The notes under the pieces: generated by a model
Databases searched by the model: none
Seen by the model: the letters and a program-made list of their open reading frames with translations, nothing else
What the model was told of the DNA's origin: nothing
Part shown: positions 58,257 to 64,000 of the stretch, one piece after another
Position numbering within the stretch: position 1 is the first letter of the stretch
Layout of the letters: each line of letters opens with the position of its first letter
Made by a program: the position numbers and the translations under genes
Source: Escherichia coli
GTDB taxonomy: Bacteria; Pseudomonadota; Gammaproteobacteria; Enterobacterales; Enterobacteriaceae
DNA length: 64,000 bases
Direction: 5' to 3' (one strand)
Assembly: GCF_046105845.1 (NCBI RefSeq)
Contig: NZ_CP151004.1

Positions 58257-59497
58257 CGTGAACCTCGTACAAACGCCTGCGCTTTCTCCAGACGCGTTTC
58301 ATAATCAATACGCAACAGCATCATGATGGCTGTCGACATAATCAGTAAGCTCGAACCACCGTAACTGATCAGTGGCAATGTCAGACCTTTGGTCGGTAAC
58401 ATCCCCGCCGCCGCGCCTACGTTAACCAGCGCCTGGAAGCTAAACCAGATGCCAATGGAACAGGCGAGAAAACCGGAAAAACGATGGTCAATTTCTAATG
58501 CTTTACGGCCAATCGACATCGCACGAAAAGCGACGAAGAATACCATTAAAAGTGCTAGTACCACACCGACATAACCTAATTCTTCGCCGATAATGGCGAA
58601 AATAAAGTCAGTGTGCGCTTCCGGCAGATACTCCAGTTTTTGTACCGAGTTACCTAAACCTTGCCCCCAAAGTTCGCCGCGACCAAACGCCATCAGCGAT
58701 TGCGTTAACTGATAACCGCTGCCAAAGGGATCTTCCCACGGGTTCCAGAATGCGGTAACACGGCGGATACGGTACGGTTCGGCGAGGATCAGCAACACAA
58801 CCGCTGAAATGCCCATACCGATAATGGCAATGAACTGCCACAATTTCGCTCCCGCCAGGAATAACATCGCCAGCGTAGTCACAAACAACACCACCACCGT
58901 ACCAAGGTCTGGCTGTGCCAGCAGTAACACTGCCAACACCAGAATCACGCCCATCGGTTTCAGGAAGCCGCGCAGGTTATTACGTACTTCGTCACCTTTA
59001 CGCACCAGATAGTTGGCGATATAGCAAAACAGCGACAGTTTTGTCAGCTCCGCAGGCTGGATACGCAGCAAACCGAGATCGATCCAACGCGATGCCCCTT
59101 TAACAGAGCTACCCACTACCAGCACGATCATCAGCAGGATGATAGATCCGAGTAGCATCGTAGCGCTGTAACGTTGCCAGAATTCCATCGGCAGACGCAG
59201 CGTAATGATCGCCAGAATGAATGCCAGGATCAGATAGACGCCATCACGCTTCGCGAAGAAGAACGGATCGTTGGTTAAGCGTTGCCCGATGGGCATTGAC
59301 GCCGAGGTCACCATGATAAAGCCAATCGCCGCGAGGCCGAAGGTCAGCCACAGTAAGGTGCGATCGTACATGATCAGGCTGTCGGTATCTTTTTCCCGCG
59401 AGCCCATCACCCAGCCCTTTAGCGCCGTGGAGATCCAGACCAGAATACTGAATCCTGGCAGGCGCGGCATTTTCAGGCGAGGGAGAGATAAACGCAT
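58253..59497 (-). CDS. ftsW: Peptidoglycan glycosyltransferase / lipid II flippase-family FtsW (SEDS)
   Basis: ORF 58253..59500 (TTG); ATG at 59497 gives 414 aa; multi-TM SEDS protein; overlaps the murD stop. Confidence 0.95.
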
Positions 59498-60813
59498 CAA
59501 CCTAACTCCTTCGCCAGACGGGCAAACTCATTGCCTCGTTGTTCAAAGTTCTTGAACTGATCAAGGCTGGCACAGGCCGGGGAGAGCAGAACCATATCGC
59601 CCGGCTGAACACGCGGAGCCAGCAAGCGCATCGCCTGTTCCATAGTTTCGGTTTGTTCTGCCACTTCCGGGCGTAGCGCCGCCAGCTGCGCGCCGTCACG
59701 ACCGAAACAATACAAACGTACGTTATCGCCATTCAGGTAACGCGCCAGTGGGCTAAAGTCCGCCGATTTACCATCGCCGCCCAGCAACAAATGCAGCGTG
59801 CCATCTACGTGCAGGCCATTCAGCGCCGCTTCCGTACTGCCGACGTTGGTCGCTTTTGAATCGTTAATCCAGCGCACACCGTTATGCTCCAGCACAACTT
59901 CAAAGCGATGCGGCAGACCAGTGAATGTGGTTAACGCTTTCAGGCTGCTGGCGCGCGGCAAACCAGCGGCATCTGCCAGTGCCAGAGCTGCCAGTGCATT
60001 GGTGTAGTTATGCTGCCCGGAAAGTTTCATTTCTTTCACGTTCAGCACTTTCTCGCCCTTCACCCGCAGCCAGGTTTCACCCTGCTGATGATTCAGGTGA
60101 TAGTCACCCATGTTGACGCCAAAGCTGACGCAGCGTTCATCCGCACCGCGAATCGGCATTGTTAAGGCATCATCAGCATTAACCACGCAAATTTTTGCGT
60201 TTTCGTAAATGCGCAGTTTTGCTGCACGATACTGTTGTAAACCAAACGGATAGCGATCCATATGATCTTCAGTCACGTTCAGAATGGTCGCTGCTACCGC
60301 CTGTAAGCTGGAGGTGGTTTCCAGCTGGAAGCTCGACAGCTCCAGCACGTACAGTTCGCACTCATCATCCAGCAGCATCAACGCAGGCAGGCCAATATTG
60401 CCACCCACACCAACGTTAACCCCCGCCGCTTTCGCCATTTCACCCACTAGAGTGGTGACCGTGCTTTTGCCGTTAGAACCGGTGATCGCCACAATCGGTG
60501 CTTGTGCTTCGCGGCAGAATAGCTCGATATCGCCAACGATTTCGATTCCGGCATCAGCAGCAGCGCTTAAGGATGGATGCGCCAGTGCAATACCGGGACT
60601 GGCGACAATCAGATCGGCCGCCATCAGCCATTCATCATTCAGACCGCCCGTGTGGCGTTCTACGGCTTCGGGTAATTTATCCAGGCCAGGCGGTGTCATA
60701 CGCGTATCCATAACGCGCGGCGTCAAACCGCGAGCGAGGAAAAAGTCCACGCAAGAAAGCCCGGTGAGGCCCAGGCCGATAATGACGACATTTTTACCCT
60801 GGTAATCAGCCAT
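59497..60813 (-). CDS. murD: UDP-N-acetylmuramoylalanine--D-glutamate ligase
   Basis: 438-aa ORF recognised as MurD. Confidence 0.97.
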
Positions 60814-60815
60814 GA

Positions 60816-61898
60816 TTAACGTACCTTCAGCGTTGCCAGACCAATCAGGACCAGCATCAGCGAAATAATCCAGAAACGCACAATGACGCGCGGTTCCGGC
60901 CAGCCTTTCAGTTCATAGTGGTGATGAATCGGTGCCATGCGGAAAATACGTTGTCCGCGCAGTTTAAAGGAGCCGACCTGCAGGATGACGGAAAGTGTTT
61001 CTACCACGAACACGCCCCCCATAATCACCAGCAGGAATTCCTGACGCAGCAGTACGGCGATAATACCTAACGCACCACCTAACGCCAGCGAACCGACATC
61101 GCCCATAAAGACCTGCGCCGGATAGGTGTTAAACCACAGGAAGCCCAGCCCTGCCCCGACTATCGCGGTACAGACAATGACCAGTTCCCCGGCGTGTCGT
61201 AGATACGGTATGTGTAAATAGCTGGCAAAGTTCATGTTGCCGGTCGCCCACGCCACCAGCGCAAAACCACCGGCGACAAATACGGTCGGCATAATTGCCA
61301 GACCGTCGAGACCATCGGTCAGGTTTACCGCGTTGCCTGTACCCACAATGACGAAGTAAGCCAGCAGAATGTAGAACAGCCCCAGTTGCGGCATCACATC
61401 TTTAAAGAACGGAACCACCAGCTGCGTTGCGGGCGTGTCTTTGCCGGCAAGGTACAGCGCGAAGGCAACACCCAGCGCGATCACCGACATCCAGAAATAC
61501 TTCCAGCGCGCAATCAGGCCCTTGGTGTCTTTACGCACCACTTTGCGATAGTCATCAACAAAGCCAATGATGCCGTAACCTACCAGCACCACCAGTACGC
61601 ACCAGACGTACGGATTGGATGGGTAAGCCCACAGCAGTACGGAGATCACAATCGCCGTCAGGATCATAATCCCGCCCATGGTCGGCGTACCGCGCTTGCT
61701 GAAGTGTGATTCAGGACCGTCGTTACGCACTACCTGACCAAAGGAAAGTTTTTGCAAATGAGCAATCATGCGCGGGCCCATCCACAATGAGATGAACAGC
61801 GCGGTCAGCAGGCTGACGATGGCGCGAAACGTCAGATAGGAAAAGACGTTAAAGCCGGAATAATATTTGACCAAATGTTCGGCCAGCCAAACTAACAT
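60816..61898 (-). CDS. mraY: Phospho-N-acetylmuramoyl-pentapeptide transferase
   Basis: 360-aa multi-TM ORF recognised as MraY. Confidence 0.97.
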
Positions 61899-63250
61899 GT
61901 CCCATTCTCCTGTAAAGCGCGTACTACCTCTTCCATGGCAGCACTACGTGAACCCTTAACTAAAATCGTAATTACCTGTTGCTCAGCAATCAGTGATTTA
62001 AGACGCGCGATAAGCGCAGTTTTATCGGAAAAATGTTCGCCAACGCCGCTAGCGGTGCTGATAGCATGGCTTTGTTTGCCCACGCTTAACACGCGGTCAA
62101 TACCAGCTGCTTTTGCCGCTTCGCCCACCTGTATATGGCAGGCTTCGCTTTCAGCGCCCAGTTCCGCCATATCGCCCACCACCAGCACGCGGTAGCCCGG
62201 CATTTCAGCCAGTACTTGGACTGCTGCGGTCATTGAACCGACATTGGCGTTGTAGGAGTCGTCGAGCAGCAACTGGTTTTCTGCCAGTTGGATGGGGAAC
62301 AGACGGCCTGGAACAGCTTTCAGATTAGCCAGCCCCGCTTTGATAGCATCAAGCGTTGCGCCCACGGACATGGAGAGCGCAGCGGCTGCCAGTGCATTCG
62401 CAATATTGTGACGCCCCGGCAACGGCAGCAGAACATCCACGCTACCGGTTGGGGTTTGCAGGGTAAATTCCGTACCGTGCGAGGTCACATGGATATTGGT
62501 GGCGGTGAAATCGCTGTTGGCGGCATTGGGTGAGAAACGCCACACTTTGCGTGAGCCAATTACGCTCTGCCAGTTCAGCCAGTCGTTGTTGTCGGCGTTC
62601 ATAATGGCGATACCGTTTTCCGGCAGGCCGCTAAAGATTTCACCTTTCGCTTTCGCGACCCCCGCAAGCGAGCCAAAACCTTCCAGATGTGCCGCTGCCA
62701 GGTTGTTGACCAGCGCCGCTTCCGGGCGAGTCAGACTCACAGTCCAGGCTATTTCGCCCTGATGGTTCGCGCCAAGTTCAATAACTGCGTAATCGTATTC
62801 CGGCGTTAAGCGCAACAGCGTCATCGGTACACCGATGTCGTTGTTGAGATTGCCTGCCGTATAAAGCGTGTTGCCGCACTGGCTTAAAATTGCCGCCGTC
62901 ATCTCTTTAACGGAGGTTTTGCCGGAGGAACCCGTCAGAGCAACCACGCGCGCCGGAACTTGCTGGCGAACCCATGCAGCCAGTTCACCAAACGCCAGAC
63001 GCGTATCCTTGACGATTAACTGCGGCAGGTCGATATCCAGCGGACGGCTGACCAGTAGTGCGCCCGCGCCGCCAGCTTTCGCCTGGTCGGCAAAATCATG
63101 AGCATCGAAACGTTCGCCTTTCAGGGCAACAAACAGGCAGCCCGGCGTCAGTTTTCGCGTGTCAGTGGTTACAGCATCAAGGGTGATATCTGCACCTTGC
63201 AGTTCACCGTTGAGAATATCGGTAAGTTGGCTAAGGGTTACGCTAATCAT
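61892..63250 (-). CDS. murF: UDP-MurNAc-tripeptide--D-alanyl-D-alanine ligase
   Basis: 452-aa ORF; 7-nt overlap with mraY. Confidence 0.97.
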
Positions 63251-64000
63251 GCAATCACCCCCAGCAGACGCGCCACCGTGACGCGATCGGAGTAGTCCAG
63301 ACGCTGATTGCCAACAATCTGGTAATCCTCATGGCCTTTGCCCGCGACCAGTACCACATCATTCTCTTTAGCCTGCATAACGGCGCAAGTCACCGCTTCA
63401 GCACGGCCTTCCATCACTTTGGCATGTCCGGCATCTAACATTCCCGCCAGAATATCGTTGATGATGGCACGCGGTTCTTCGGTACGCGGGTTATCGTCCG
63501 TTACCACCGCCACGTCAGCAAACTCTTCAGCAATTGCGCCCATCAGTGGACGTTTGCCTTTATCACGATCGCCACCACAGCCAAAGACGCACCACAGCTT
63601 GCCCGCACAGTGCAGGCGCGCCGCCTGTAAGGCTTTTTCCAGTGCATCCGGCGTATGCGCGTAATCCACCACTACCGTCGGTTTGCCTGGCGCAGTGAAC
63701 ACTTCCATACGTCCACAAACCGGCTGCAGGCGTGCGGCAGTTTTCAGCAGGTCAGACAACGGATAGCCCAGCGCCAGCAGCGTCGCCAGCGCCAGCAGCA
63801 AGTTGCTGACGTTAAAAGCGCCCATCAGATGGCTTTCAATTTCGCCATCGCCCCAGCTTGAGCTAAAGCGAATCGTCGCACCGCTGTCGTGATAGTTCAC
63901 GTCGGTCGCTTTCAACCAGCGTCCGTGACAGTTCGGATTGATATGATCTTCCATTGATACCGCAACCGCGTCCGGCAGTTTTGCCAGCCAGCGGCGGCCC
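63247..64000 (-). CDS. murE: UDP-MurNAc-L-Ala-D-Glu--meso-diaminopimelate ligase, 5' part outside window
   Basis: C-terminal 235+ aa recognised as MurE (…[15 protein letters not shown]…); reading frame runs off the window edge; 4-nt overlap with murF. Confidence 0.93.
   Translation of the reverse strand, partial: GRRWLAKLPDAVAVSMEDHINPNCHGRWLKATDVNYHDSGATIRFSSSWGDGEIESHLMGAFNVSNLLLALATLLALGYPLSDLLKTAARLQPVCGRMEVFTAPGKPTVVVDYAHTPDALEKALQAARLHCAGKLWCVFGCGGDRDKGKRPLMGAIAEEFADVAVVTDDNPRTEEPRAIINDILAGMLDAGHAKVMEGRAEAVTCAVMQAKENDVVLVAGKGHEDYQIVGNQRLDYSDRVTVARLLGVIA

Overview
This 64 kb window reads as Escherichia coli-type core chromosome, colinear with the K-12 folK-to-murE region in reverse orientation. 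Gene order: folK (5' partial) - yadN-yadV-htrE-yadMLKC chaperone-usher fimbrial operon - panB-panC - rpnC(yadD) - panD - yadE-yadI-yadH-yadG - can - hpt - gcd - cueO - yacC - speE-speD - yacL - acnB - yacH - lpd-aceF-aceE-pdhR - aroP - ampE-ampD - nadC - ppdD-hofB-hofC - guaC - coaE-zapD-yacG - mutT - secA-secM - lpxC - ftsZ-ftsA-ftsQ-ddlB-murC-murG-ftsW-murD-mraY-murF-murE (partial). All genes look intact with expected lengths. I found no rRNA, tRNA, CRISPR array, IS element or prophage, and no convincing novel multi-gene system. Gene identities and start-codon choices rest on recognising the translated ORFs, not on any database search. The observations most worth follow-up are: (1) a duplicated, diverged copy of the rpnC 3' end that forms an orphan small ORF next to the Rpn nuclease gene, plus an internal Shine-Dalgarno and in-frame start inside rpnC and an in-frame 12-bp tandem repeat in its tail; (2) the uncharacterised secreted protein YacH, with a His/Asp-rich tract and five tandem 96-bp coding repeats; (3) a REP/BIME cluster whose last unit supplies the final codons and stop of mutT; (4) several clean operator-like dyads (CRP-like site upstream of gcd, an 18-bp perfect palindrome upstream of lpd, the PdhR and CueR operators).
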